DNA from: Bacteroidales bacterium
GTDB lineage: Bacteria; Bacillota; Clostridia; Lachnospirales; Lachnospiraceae
NCBI GenBank assembly: GCA_023664535.1
Contig: JAMPFJ010000010.1
Span: 9,060-73,059 of the forward strand
Length of the DNA stretch: 64,000 nucleotides
Direction: 5' to 3'
Below are positions 21,730 to 31,337 of the stretch, piece by piece. Both the position numbers and the translations under genes were made by a program. The first letter of the stretch is position 1; the number at the start of each line of letters is the position of its first letter. The notes under the pieces are model-generated. The model had not been told where the DNA came from. It did no database searches and saw only the letters and a program-made list of their open reading frames with translations.

Positions 21730-21934
21730 CTTTTATCCCCGCAATCATCATTTCATATCGCCGCCCGAATCCAATCGTTACACTGTCTTCACCGCCGCCT
21801 GTTTTTCAGTATAGCGGCGATTGGCATGAATGGCAACGATTATTCCCTATTTTTATGCTTTTTTGTAGTAAATTTTTGAATTTCGTGGTATACTATGTAA
21901 TTATGAATCATTTAGGAGGCATTAAGAGAAAGAA

Positions 21935-23290
21935 ATGAGAATAATTATTGCAGGCTGCGGCAAAGTGGGCTATGCCTTGGCTGAGCAGCTAAACGAAGAA
22001 GGTCATGATATTACAATGATTGACACTGACGGAGACAAGTTGAATACCGTGCTGTCGTTACTGGATGTGCAGGGTGTCGAGGGAAATGCGACCACTTTCC
22101 GCATACAATTAGAGGCCGGGATTAAGGACAGCGATTTATTAATTGCAGTAACCGGCCAGGATGAAGTAAATCTTCTCTGCTGTCTGATTGCCAAAAAAGC
22201 CGGTAACTGCCACACCATTGCCCGAGTCAGGAATCCGGAATACTTTTCCGAAATCAAATATCTTCGGAAGGAGCTGGGACTTTCCCTTGCCATCAATCCG
22301 GAGCTTGCCTGCGCCCAAAATATTGCACGGCTCATTGAAGTCCCCAGTGCACTGGACATTACTTCTTTTGCCAAGGGAAAAATCAATCTAATCAAATTTT
22401 TCATACCGAACGACTCTGTTATCCACTCTATGACTGTATCCGAATTTGCCAACAAAATACATGCGAATACATTGATTTGCGCAATCGAGCGGGAACACGA
22501 GGTCATCATTCCGGACGGAAATACGGTTCTGCAGCAGGGAGATAATATGTATGTCATCATTCCCCCTGCGGATATCCACACCCTGTTATCGAAAATCGGT
22601 ATCAAGGCAAAGCCCATTAAATCCGTTATGATTATCGGCGGCGGTACCATTTCCTACTATCTGGCTAAGCATCTGGAATCCACAAGGGTTCAGGTTAAAA
22701 TTGTGGAGCAGCGTATCGACCGCTGCGAGCAATTAAGCGACCTTTTGCCCCATGCCATGATTATTAACGGCGACGCAACCGACCGGCAGCTGCTGCTGGA
22801 GGAGGGAATAGACGAAACAGAAGCGTTCGTTGCCCTTACCGATATTGACGAAGAAAATCTTGTGCTGGCGCTTTTTGCCAACAAAGTAAATCAGGCAAAA
22901 ATTGTGACAAAGGTGGATAAAGTTTCCTTTGAAGAGGTTGTTGACGAGCTCCCTATCGGCACCATAGCCTGTCCGAAAAATATTACCGCCAAATCCATCA
23001 TTCAATATGTACGGGCTTTACAAAATTCCTTTGGCAGTAATATCGAAACGCTGTACCGGATGCTGGACGACAAGGTGGAGGCTCTGGAATTTTCCATCAA
23101 ACAGGAGTCAAAGGTTACCGGAACGCCGCTGATGGAGCTTGATTTGAAAAAAAATCTGCTTGTCTGTGCCATTGTAAGAAACGGTAAAGTCATTACTCCC
23201 AGCGGTAAAGATACCATTTTAAATGGCGATACCGTCATTGTGGTTACCACGAACAAGGGACTGACGGATATCAAAGATATTCTGGCATAA
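21935..23290 (+). CDS. trkA: Trk potassium uptake system NAD-binding subunit
   Basis: Two RCK/Rossmann repeats (IIIAGCGKVGYALA; VMIIGGGTISYYLA). An extended -10 (TGgTATACT at 21886-21894) lies upstream. Confidence 0.92.
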   Translation: MRIIIAGCGKVGYALAEQLNEEGHDITMIDTDGDKLNTVLSLLDVQGVEGNATTFRIQLEAGIKDSDLLIAVTGQDEVNLLCCLIAKKAGNCHTIARVRNPEYFSEIKYLRKELGLSLAINPELACAQNIARLIEVPSALDITSFAKGKINLIKFFIPNDSVIHSMTVSEFANKIHANTLICAIEREHEVIIPDGNTVLQQGDNMYVIIPPADIHTLLSKIGIKAKPIKSVMIIGGGTISYYLAKHLESTRVQVKIVEQRIDRCEQLSDLLPHAMIINGDATDRQLLLEEGIDETEAFVALTDIDEENLVLALFANKVNQAKIVTKVDKVSFEEVVDELPIGTIACPKNITAKSIIQYVRALQNSFGSNIETLYRMLDDKVEALEFSIKQESKVTGTPLMELDLKKNLLVCAIVRNGKVITPSGKDTILNGDTVIVVTTNKGLTDIKDILA

Positions 23291-23335
23291 TAGACTCGTG
23301 TAATAAAAAACAAAGTGAGGACCAAGAGAAATAAA

Positions 23336-24778
23336 ATGAACATGACCATGATTTTTTATTTGCTGGGGTGGATTTTAAATATTATTGCCACCTTGATGTT
23401 TTTACCGTTTTCCGTATCGCTTTACTACGGAGAAGAAAACGGCAGGTATTTTCTATTCTGTGCTTTAATCATGCTGGCTTTGGGCTTTGGACTGACAAGA
23501 AAGCGTCCAAAAAATACCTCCTTCTATGCCAAGGAGGGTTTTGTCATGACTGCCTTAAGCTGGCTGCTGCTCTCCTTTACCGGATGCCTTCCGTTTTATT
23601 TCAGCGGGGAAATACCGTCCTTTACCAATGCGCTGTTTGAATGTATATCCGGCTTTACGACCACCGGGGCTTCGATTCTTTCCGATGTGGAGGCCATGTC
23701 CCGCTGCATGATGTTCTGGCGCTGCCTTACCCAGTGGATTGGCGGTATGGGCGTTCTGGTATTCATGCTGGCACTGATTCCGCTGGCCGGCGGACAGGAT
23801 TTGTATCTGATGAAAGCGGAAAGTCCCGGACCAAATGTAGGTAAGCTGGCGCCAAAGGTACAAAAAACCGCCTACTATCTGTATGCGATTTATTTTGCCC
23901 TGACCATGCTGGAAATCATCTGTCTGGTTATTGCCGGTGCGCCGCTTTATGATGCGGTCTGTACTGCATTTACCACCACCAGCACCGGGGGCTTCGGCGT
24001 AAAAAACACCTCGCTCGGAGGATATTCACCCGCCATACAGTATATCGTTACCGTTTTCCTGTATTTGTCCGGTCTGAACTATAATTTCTTCTTTTTTATC
24101 TGGATTAAACAATTCAGGGACGCCTTTTCCATGCGGGAAATCCGTCTTTACAGCTTAATTTTCTTTACCTCCATTGCCGTCATTGCCACGGATATTATCC
24201 TGCGCTCCGGCTATGCCCTGGAAGAGGGATTCCGCCATGCCGCACTTCAAGTCGGCTCCATTATGACCACCGCCGGCTTCTCTTCTGCGGATTTTGATAC
24301 ATGGCCCTCGCTTTCCAAGGGTATTCTGGTTCTGCTGATGTTTATCGGCGGCTGCGCCGGAAGCACCTGCGGCGGTATCAAGGTTTCCAGAATTTTAATT
24401 TATCTGAAAACCATTAAAAAGGAGCTTGCACAGCTTTGTCATCCAAGAAATGTCAAGGTAATTAAGATTGACGGCAAACCGCTTCCGCACAACGTACTGC
24501 GGTCCGCTAATATTTTCTTCATTACTTATATTGTTATCTTTGCCTTCTCCAACCTGCTTATCAGTATTGATAACTATGATTTGGAGACGACCTTTACTGC
24601 GGTGGCGTCCGCTCTGGGTAATATCGGTCCCGGACTTTCCCTGGTGGGACCGGTTAGAAACTTTGACCTTTTTTCGGGCTTTTCCAAATATGTCCTGATG
24701 TTCGACATGCTGGCAGGACGTTTGGAAATCTTCCCACTGCTGGTATTATTAGCGCCGTCGACATGGAAGAAAAAATAG
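23336..24778 (+). CDS. trkH: Trk/Ktr potassium transporter membrane subunit
   Basis: Multi-pass membrane protein with repeated pore-loop GFTTTG/TTSTGG/MTTAGF/GGCAGSTCGG motifs. The start is uncertain (ATG 23336 or GTG 23315). Confidence 0.9.
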   Translation: MNMTMIFYLLGWILNIIATLMFLPFSVSLYYGEENGRYFLFCALIMLALGFGLTRKRPKNTSFYAKEGFVMTALSWLLLSFTGCLPFYFSGEIPSFTNALFECISGFTTTGASILSDVEAMSRCMMFWRCLTQWIGGMGVLVFMLALIPLAGGQDLYLMKAESPGPNVGKLAPKVQKTAYYLYAIYFALTMLEIICLVIAGAPLYDAVCTAFTTTSTGGFGVKNTSLGGYSPAIQYIVTVFLYLSGLNYNFFFFIWIKQFRDAFSMREIRLYSLIFFTSIAVIATDIILRSGYALEEGFRHAALQVGSIMTTAGFSSADFDTWPSLSKGILVLLMFIGGCAGSTCGGIKVSRILIYLKTIKKELAQLCHPRNVKVIKIDGKPLPHNVLRSANIFFITYIVIFAFSNLLISIDNYDLETTFTAVASALGNIGPGLSLVGPVRNFDLFSGFSKYVLMFDMLAGRLEIFPLLVLLAPSTWKKK

Positions 24779-24779
24779 G

Positions 24780-25241
24780 CTACAGCAAGGCATTCAATCT
24801 TTCATAGACAAACTCAACGCTTTTTGTCCGGACATTATTTCTTCCGATATTACCGAACTGCCGGGTATAGGTGCAGCTCCTGCCACGGATAAAAAAACCG
24901 AAGCAGACCATTCCCACCGGTTTTTCCTCCGTACCGCCGGAGGGACCGGCAATTCCGGTAATCCCAACCCCGACCTCCGACTGTGCCTCTCTGGCGACCC
25001 CCTCCGCCATTTGTGCGGCGGCTTCTTCGCTGACCACGCCGCATTCGGCTATCGTTTCCTCCCGGACATGAAGATATTTCACTTTCGCTTCGTTTGCATA
25101 GGTAACAAAGCTTACGTCCAGCACCTTTGACGCATCGGCAACGCTTACCAGCGCCGCCGCCGCAAGCCCTCCCGTACAGGATTCAGCAAAGGAAATGTGG
25201 TATCCCTTTTCTATCAATTTTGCAACGACGACATTATGCAT
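24780..25241 (-). CDS. cinA: CinA C-terminal domain protein (nicotinamide-nucleotide amidohydrolase PncC-like)
   Basis: The FAESCTGGLAAAAL motif and 153-aa size are typical of stand-alone CinA-C/PncC. Confidence 0.85.
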   Translation of the reverse strand: MHNVVVAKLIEKGYHISFAESCTGGLAAAALVSVADASKVLDVSFVTYANEAKVKYLHVREETIAECGVVSEEAAAQMAEGVAREAQSEVGVGITGIAGPSGGTEEKPVGMVCFGFFIRGRSCTYTRQFGNIGRNNVRTKSVEFVYERLNALL

Positions 25242-25286
25242 ATGGTCCTCCCTTCTCCTAACCGAAATGAAAGATATTTCTTCAAT

Positions 25287-25505
25287 ATATTAGCTATGAG
25301 CAAAACTTCGCTTTCTCAACCACATGTTGTACAATATAGACAAATCACCGCCGGGCACGCTTTTGCTATGTGTCGCTCGTAATGGTACATAAGATGCCAA
25401 AGTACGGCATCTAAGTACCAACGGCTCCCCAATGCCCGGCTTGCGATATTGTCTATATTGAACAACTGTATTTTGGAGATAGTACGTTTTGCTCATGGCT
25501 ATCAA
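25287..25505. ncRNA. candidate rod-like structured RNA (6S-like) or MITE-like palindromic element; strand unresolved
   Basis: Nested pairings seen by eye, from outside in:
- gctatgagcaaaac (25293-25306) with gttttgctcatggc (25487-25500)
- ttgtacaatatagacaa (25327-25343) with ttgtctatattgaacaa (25449-25465)
- gccgggca with tgcccggc
- an asymmetric bubble of 26 nt versus 13 nt
- ggtac with gtacc
- apical hairpin gatgcc-aaagtac-ggcatc. Confidence 0.4.
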
Positions 25506-25513
25506 TATATAAG

Positions 25514-25549
25514 AGGAGTGACCCTCACCGGGTCACTCCTGACTATTTT
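25514..25549. terminator. GC-rich terminator-like hairpin between the GGGtGRT gene and the structured element
   Basis: 11-bp stem aggagtgaccc/gggtcactcct with a 5-nt loop. T-rich sequence lies a few nt away on both strands. Confidence 0.6.
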
Positions 25550-25572
25550 AAAATCATGCAGTTACAATATTC

Positions 25573-26583
25573 TTAGAACTTACCTGCCTTAGCAGCTTCC
25601 TCAATCGAAACGGCAACGGCAACTGTCATACCAACCATCGGGTTATTACCGGCGCCGATAAGACCCATCATTTCCACATGGGCGGGAACGGATGAAGAAC
25701 CGGCAAACTGTGCATCAGAATGCATACGTCCCAATGTATCGGTCATACCGTAAGAAGCGGGACCTGCTGCCATGTTATCCGGATGAAGTGTACGTCCTGT
25801 ACCACCACCTGAAGCAACAGAGAAATATTTCTTACCCTGCTCAATGCATTCTTTCTTGTATGTACCTGCTACCGGATGCTGGAAACGTGTCGGATTTGTA
25901 GAGTTACCGGTAATCGATACGTCTACACCCTCCTTATGCATAATGGCAACGCCCTCCGGTACGGAATTTGCACCATAACAGTTAACCTTTGCACGAAGCC
26001 CCTCTGAATAAGCCTTACGGAAAACCTCTTTTACTTCATTGGTATACGGGTCATACTCTGTCTCAACAAAGGTAAAACCGTTGATTCGGGAAATAATCTG
26101 TGCTGCATCCTTTCCTAATCCGTTAAGAATTACTCTCAATGGTTTCTGGCGGACTTTGTTTGCCTTCTCTGCAATACCGATTGCACCCTCGGCAGCGGCA
26201 AATGACTCATGACCGGCTAAAAATGCGAAGCATTCTGTCTCTTCCTCAAGTAACATTTTACCTAAGTTACCATGTCCCAAGCCTACCTTACGGGTATCTG
26301 CAACGGAACCCGGAATACAGAAAGCCTGAAGACCTTCTCCGATTGCCGCAGCAGCATCGGCTGCTCTCTTACAGCCTTTCTTGATTGCGATTGCCGCACC
26401 TACTGTATATGCCCAGCAGGCATTTTCAAAACAAATCGGCTGAATACCCTTTACCTGATTATATACATCCAAGCCAGCATCCTTGGTAATCTTCTCTGCC
26501 TCTTCGATAGAGGAGATACCATAGCTGTTTAATACTTCATTAATCTTATCAATTCTTCTTTCATATGATTCAAATAATGCCAT
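25573..26583 (-). CDS. GGGtGRT-family protein (conserved, uncharacterised)
   Basis: Contains the family-naming motif SGGGTGRTLHPDN. 336 aa. Lies downstream of a NifU/IscU-like gene. Confidence 0.8.
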   Translation of the reverse strand: MALFESYERRIDKINEVLNSYGISSIEEAEKITKDAGLDVYNQVKGIQPICFENACWAYTVGAAIAIKKGCKRAADAAAAIGEGLQAFCIPGSVADTRKVGLGHGNLGKMLLEEETECFAFLAGHESFAAAEGAIGIAEKANKVRQKPLRVILNGLGKDAAQIISRINGFTFVETEYDPYTNEVKEVFRKAYSEGLRAKVNCYGANSVPEGVAIMHKEGVDVSITGNSTNPTRFQHPVAGTYKKECIEQGKKYFSVASGGGTGRTLHPDNMAAGPASYGMTDTLGRMHSDAQFAGSSSVPAHVEMMGLIGAGNNPMVGMTVAVAVSIEEAAKAGKF

Positions 26584-26603
26584 TATATCGTTACCTCCTT
26601 CTA

Positions 26604-27311
26604 TTATTTAGCAATCTCTTTGTCTGTACGCGGGTCGATTAACTTAACCGCATCGTCTACTCTTCCGTATTGGCCACAGGACTTCTCATATGCAGTATTT
26701 GCATCGTCACCCTTTTTAATGAAATCAGTCATCTTACCAAGGTTGACAAACTTGTAACCGATAATTAAATCCTCGGCATCCAATGCGATTGCCGTAACAT
26801 AACCCTCTGCCATCTCTAAATAACGAGGACCTTTCTTGAGGGTACCATACATTGTACCAACCTGTGAGCGAAGACCCTTACCTAAATCTTCAAGACCTGC
26901 TCCTACCGGAAGTCCATCCTCGGAAAAAGCGCTTTGTGTACGTCCGTAAACAATCTGTAAGAACAATTCTCTCATTGCCGTATTGATTGCATCACATACC
27001 AAATCTGTATTCAAGGCTTCCATAACGGTTAACCCCGGCAGAATCTCTGATGCCATTGCTGCGGAATGCGTCATACCGGAGCATCCGATTGTCTCAACCA
27101 ATGCTTCCTGGATAATCCCCTCTTTAACATTCAACGTCAACTTGCAGGCGCCCTGCTGTGGAGCACACCAGCCAATACCGTGTGTTAAACCAGAAATATC
27201 CTTTACTTCCTTTGCCTGAACCCATTTTGCCTCTTCAGGAATCGGTGCACAGCCGTGGTGCACACCCTGAGCTACCGGGCACATGTTTTCTACTTCCTGT
27301 GAATAAATCAT
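26604..27311 (-). CDS. NifU/IscU-like iron-sulfur cluster scaffold-related protein
   Basis: Cys-containing segments MCPVAQG, GWCAPQQGACKL and ETIGCSGMTHSA. The ATG at 27311 is preceded by AAAGGAG (7-nt spacer). Confidence 0.65.
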   Translation of the reverse strand: MIYSQEVENMCPVAQGVHHGCAPIPEEAKWVQAKEVKDISGLTHGIGWCAPQQGACKLTLNVKEGIIQEALVETIGCSGMTHSAAMASEILPGLTVMEALNTDLVCDAINTAMRELFLQIVYGRTQSAFSEDGLPVGAGLEDLGKGLRSQVGTMYGTLKKGPRYLEMAEGYVTAIALDAEDLIIGYKFVNLGKMTDFIKKGDDANTAYEKSCGQYGRVDDAVKLIDPRTDKEIAK

Positions 27312-27448
27312 GTTGAAACTCCTTTCAATATGTAAAATATTATCGGCATTTTGCATATAGGACCGAATGCCGTATCTAAATGTATTTTCTCATATATTAC
27401 CAAAAAAATCTAGTCCTAATTTGGATAAGTTTTGTCACCCGGATTTTG

Positions 27449-28417
27449 TCACAGCACTGCCAGCACATAACACACCAGCGGCAGGGTCACAACGGAGCAA
27501 AGCGTAGTCACAAACACTCCGCCTGCGCTGTACTCTCCGTCTGACTTCTGGGATTTCGCCAGCATTGCAATGGAGGTCATCGTAGGCAGCGCACTCAATA
27601 TCGCCATGGCAAGCCGGACATCCTGATTAACCCCGGAAAACAAACCCATCAGTACATAAAATGCAATCGGATATAATATCATTTTTACCAGCACTGTTCC
27701 GTAAAATTCTTTCTGCTTCAAACTGCCCTTTATGTCCGTATAACAGAATAATGCGCCAATATAAATCATGGCAAGAGGCGAGGTTATTCCCCCCACTTTC
27801 CCCAGCGCCACATCCAATTCATCAGGCAGTTTCACATCCGCAAAAATACCGATAACCGCCAAAGTAATCGCTATCGTGGCAGGATTCACCAGCTTTTCCA
27901 CAGTCTTCCGAAAAAAAGGCTGCTTCTCCCCGTGCTCTTCCGGCATACCGTCCCCACCCTCCGGCAGGGTAAGCTGTACGCCTACCGTCCATAGCACAAG
28001 CTGGTCCACCACGGTAAACAACGCAATATACAGCATTCCGTTTTCCGGAAAAAATGCTGCCAATATCGGGATTCCCATAAATCCGATATTGCCGAACATC
28101 GTATTCGCATGAAACACCTTCCCTCTGTCTCCCGTCAGCCGGAAAAGTTTTTTTAAACCAAAGCTCACCACATACATGGAAGCGTACATCACCGCAGTCA
28201 GCCAGATAACGGAAGTAGTGTGCATAAACTGCTCCACCGTTGCTCCGGTAAGCGTATTATGAAAAATCATAATCGGAAGCGTAATCTTGATGACAAGCCG
28301 GGAAATCACATCCAGACCTGCCTCGTCTAATAATTTTGTCTTTACCGCTATCACTCCGATTACCGCATAAATCACAAAGATTATAATCTGGCTAATTACA
28401 ATATGAAAATATTCCAT
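27449..28417 (-). CDS. AEC (auxin efflux carrier) family transporter
   Basis: 322 aa, about 10 TM segments in a 5+5 arrangement with a central hydrophilic loop. Confidence 0.75.
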   Translation of the reverse strand: MEYFHIVISQIIIFVIYAVIGVIAVKTKLLDEAGLDVISRLVIKITLPIMIFHNTLTGATVEQFMHTTSVIWLTAVMYASMYVVSFGLKKLFRLTGDRGKVFHANTMFGNIGFMGIPILAAFFPENGMLYIALFTVVDQLVLWTVGVQLTLPEGGDGMPEEHGEKQPFFRKTVEKLVNPATIAITLAVIGIFADVKLPDELDVALGKVGGITSPLAMIYIGALFCYTDIKGSLKQKEFYGTVLVKMILYPIAFYVLMGLFSGVNQDVRLAMAILSALPTMTSIAMLAKSQKSDGEYSAGGVFVTTLCSVVTLPLVCYVLAVL

Positions 28418-28445
28418 CTTAATTCTCCTGTCTCTTTTGTATAAC

Positions 28446-29591
28446 TCAGTCTCTCCTCAGTTCTTCAATCAAGCGAAATACCTGTTCTACGGTATCCGCC
28501 AGATTCCGTTTTGCCGTTTCCGGCTCCATTGCCCTTTGCAGACTGACCGCCCCTTTTGCAATGGAAAAGAAAGCGTCTATTCCTGCACCGTTACATTTTC
28601 CGGCATCCCCGGTGACCTCCCCGGCAAATGCAAGAACCTTAACCCCGTATCGTTTTGCCAATTTTGCCGCCCGGGCAGGCGCCTTTCCCATCATCGTCTG
28701 CGCATCCAGCCTTCCCTCACCGGTCACTAAAAACTGCGCCGTTTTTAATGCCTGCTCCAGACAAGCTGCCCGAAAAACCAGTTCTGCCCCCGGCACCAGT
28801 TCACCGTTTAAAAACGTGATAAACGCAAAGCCAAGCCCTCCCGCAGCGCCGGTGCCGGGAACCGCCTTGCCGCTTTTTCCGGAAAATGCCTCCGCCACCT
28901 CCGCATAGTGCTCCATCGCTTTATCCACTTCTCTGCACAATTCCATGGATAACCCTTTTTGCGGACCATAGATAAGTGTTGCACCGTTTTCCCCGCAAAG
29001 GGGATTCGCCACGTCACAGGCAATTTGAAAGTCACATTCCCCAAGCTCCGGTAAAACCTTATCCGCCCGAATCTCTGTTATTCCGGAAAGCGCACCTGCT
29101 CCTGCGCCTGCCGCCTGTCCCTTTGCATCCATGAAACGATATCCCAATGCCTGAAGCATTCCGATTCCGCCGTCATTCGTCGCGCTTCCGCCTATTCCCA
29201 TAATAAAATGCCTGCATCCCCTGTGCACCGCATCAACAATCATTTCCCCCACCCCGTAAGTGCTTGCACGGAGCGGTTCCCGCTTTTCCTCCGGCACAAG
29301 GGTCAGCCCTGCCGCCTGTGCCATTTCCATTACCGCCGTCCTCCCGTCCTGCAATATGCTATAACTGCACAGCACCGGTTCTCCCACCGGGTTCGTGACG
29401 GACAACGTAATTTTTTTCCCGCCAAGCCCTTCAACCAGCGCCTCCATTGTCCCCTCGCCCCCGTCCGCAAGAAGCTTCACGATAACCTCTGCATCGGGCA
29501 TCGCACGTAAAATTCCTTCCCTGGCTGCTTTTCCCGCCTCCAAAGAAGTCATACTGCCTTTAAATGAATCCATTGCCACTATTATCTTCAT
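28446..29591 (-). CDS. glxK: glycerate kinase
   Basis: N-terminus MKIIVAMDSFKGS, plus the GIGGSATNDGG and TGEGRLD motifs of the glycerate kinase family. Confidence 0.9.
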   Translation of the reverse strand: MKIIVAMDSFKGSMTSLEAGKAAREGILRAMPDAEVIVKLLADGGEGTMEALVEGLGGKKITLSVTNPVGEPVLCSYSILQDGRTAVMEMAQAAGLTLVPEEKREPLRASTYGVGEMIVDAVHRGCRHFIMGIGGSATNDGGIGMLQALGYRFMDAKGQAAGAGAGALSGITEIRADKVLPELGECDFQIACDVANPLCGENGATLIYGPQKGLSMELCREVDKAMEHYAEVAEAFSGKSGKAVPGTGAAGGLGFAFITFLNGELVPGAELVFRAACLEQALKTAQFLVTGEGRLDAQTMMGKAPARAAKLAKRYGVKVLAFAGEVTGDAGKCNGAGIDAFFSIAKGAVSLQRAMEPETAKRNLADTVEQVFRLIEELRRD

Positions 29592-29908
29592 CTGACTTCC
29601 GCTCCGTTTATAAATCTCTACGCCTCTTTCTCCCGCAAAATCAATTCTTCCGCTTCAGCTTAAACAATTTTTGCAAAAAAGCTTACCGAAAATCCAAAAT
29701 CTCGTATCATCATAGCATATTTTTTTATATAATCCAAGGAATAGCCCGGTTAAAAATGCCATGCCAGATTATCCGCCAACAGGATTGCTTTACAGGTATA
29801 TCACCTTATGATAAAATTTCCATAAGACAAAGTATCTGCACACCCGGCAATGAACCTGCTTTTTGCAGAATAACTTTTCATGCCATACTCTGAGTCAGGA
29901 GGTATCCC

Positions 29909-30367
29909 ATGAGCACAAACAAACATTCCGACCCTTTTCTCGGAACAGAAATCGAATCCGGTACTCCGAGGGAAATCCCGGAGTCCATGAAGAAGAAAAA
30001 AGCACTTGCCTATAACCAGAACCAGCTCGCCGTAGAACGGACAGAGTTTGCAAAAATACGGACGGAGCTGGCATTTACCAACAGCCGGTTGGCAATCGAC
30101 CGGACGCATTTGGCGTATCTCCGCACCATCGTTTCTTTAATCGGCAGCGGTGCCACCGTATATAAAGCGCTTCCGGTACTTGGCATCTCGCAGGAATTTA
30201 CCGCTTTACTTACTGCATTCTTACTGATTGCCGCTGTTTATTTTATCTACAAAGATGTTACAACCTATCCCAAAATGAAGCAGCATCTTGAAAAAATGGA
30301 GCAGCAGGCAAGCACTCTGGCGGAGGAAGCGGAAAGCCATGTTTACCGTGTGGATAATGACATCTGA
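29909..30367 (+). CDS. DUF202/YidH-like small membrane protein
   Basis: Repeated ERT/DRT motif (LAVERTEFAKIRTELAFTNSRLAIDRTHLAYLRT) followed by two TM helices. Confidence 0.75.
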   Translation: MSTNKHSDPFLGTEIESGTPREIPESMKKKKALAYNQNQLAVERTEFAKIRTELAFTNSRLAIDRTHLAYLRTIVSLIGSGATVYKALPVLGISQEFTALLTAFLLIAAVYFIYKDVTTYPKMKQHLEKMEQQASTLAEEAESHVYRVDNDI

Positions 30368-30440
30368 TTTTCCTTGCTATTCCCTGCCATTTGTTTTACA
30401 ATAAAGCTATCATTTTTCATGCAAAAGGAGGTATTTATTT

Positions 30441-31241
30441 ATGGGATTTTTAACAGGAAAAACCGCCATTATCACCGGTGCAGGACGCGCAGTGTTAAGT
30501 GACGGAAGATGCGGTTCCATCGGCTACGGCATTGCAACCGCTTACGCAAAAGAGGGCGCTAACCTTGTCATTACCGGACGTAATGTCAAGAAGTTGGAAG
30601 ACGCAAAGGAAGAATTAGAGCGGCTTTACGGAATCAAGGTTTTGATTGTACAGGCAGATGTCAATGCTGGAGCCGATAACGAGGAGGTTGTTGCCAATGT
30701 GGTTAAACAGACTGTCGATACCTTTGGGCGTATTGACGTATTGATTAACAATGCCCAGGCTTCCGCTTCCGGAGTCCCGTTGGCGGAGCATACTACCGAC
30801 CAGTTTAATCTTGCTCTGTATTCCGGACTGTATGCCGCATTTTACTATATGAAAGCGTGCTATCCATATCTGAAGGAAGCAAAGGGCGCCGTAATCAATT
30901 TCGCTTCCGGCGCTGGTCTTTTCGGCAATTTTGGACAATGCGCTTATGCTGCTGCAAAAGAGGGGATTCGCGGCCTTACCCGTGTAGCCGCAACGGAATG
31001 GGCAAAAGACGGAATCAATGTCAATATCGTATGTCCGCTTGCCTGGACGGCACAGTTGGAGCAATTCCAGAACGCTTATCCGGATGCTTTCGAGAAGAAC
31101 GTGCACACACCGCCTGCCGGACATTTTGGTGATGCGGAAGAGGAAATCGGAAGAGTATGCGTTCAGCTTGCTTCTCCTGATTTTAAATATATGACGGGTG
31201 AAACCCTCACCTTAGAAGGCGGTCTCGGACAAAGACCTTAA
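30441..31241 (+). CDS. SDR-family oxidoreductase
   Basis: TGAGRA dinucleotide-binding motif, NNAQ, and catalytic YAAAK. Confidence 0.88.
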   Translation: MGFLTGKTAIITGAGRAVLSDGRCGSIGYGIATAYAKEGANLVITGRNVKKLEDAKEELERLYGIKVLIVQADVNAGADNEEVVANVVKQTVDTFGRIDVLINNAQASASGVPLAEHTTDQFNLALYSGLYAAFYYMKACYPYLKEAKGAVINFASGAGLFGNFGQCAYAAAKEGIRGLTRVAATEWAKDGINVNIVCPLAWTAQLEQFQNAYPDAFEKNVHTPPAGHFGDAEEEIGRVCVQLASPDFKYMTGETLTLEGGLGQRP

Positions 31242-31273
31242 CGTAGAGAAAATGCTATAGCGAAAGATAAGAA

Positions 31274-31316
31274 AAGAGATGCCATAATCAATAATCTGAT
31301 ACGGCATCTCTTTTTC
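31274..31316 (+). terminator. Rho-independent terminator of the SDR gene
   Basis: Stem aagagatgcc/ggcatctctt followed by TTTTT. Confidence 0.8.
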
Positions 31317-31337
31317 TCATTAAAAAAGTTTCTATCC

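Noticed and set aside
21730-21934. Looked for a c-di-AMP (ydaO/kimA-type) riboswitch upstream of trkA, since potassium transporters often carry one.
   Set aside because: I could not see the conserved pseudo-twofold ACGGGGA/CCC-type core elements. Only an extended -10 promoter and an RBS are evident, and the region is short and AT-rich.
25197-25505. Two track ORFs (25197-25382 + and 25290-25505 -) in the cinA to GGGtGRT spacer.
   Set aside because: They are mutually antisense across a long inverted repeat, have no RBS and have low-complexity products. They are an artefact of the palindromic element.
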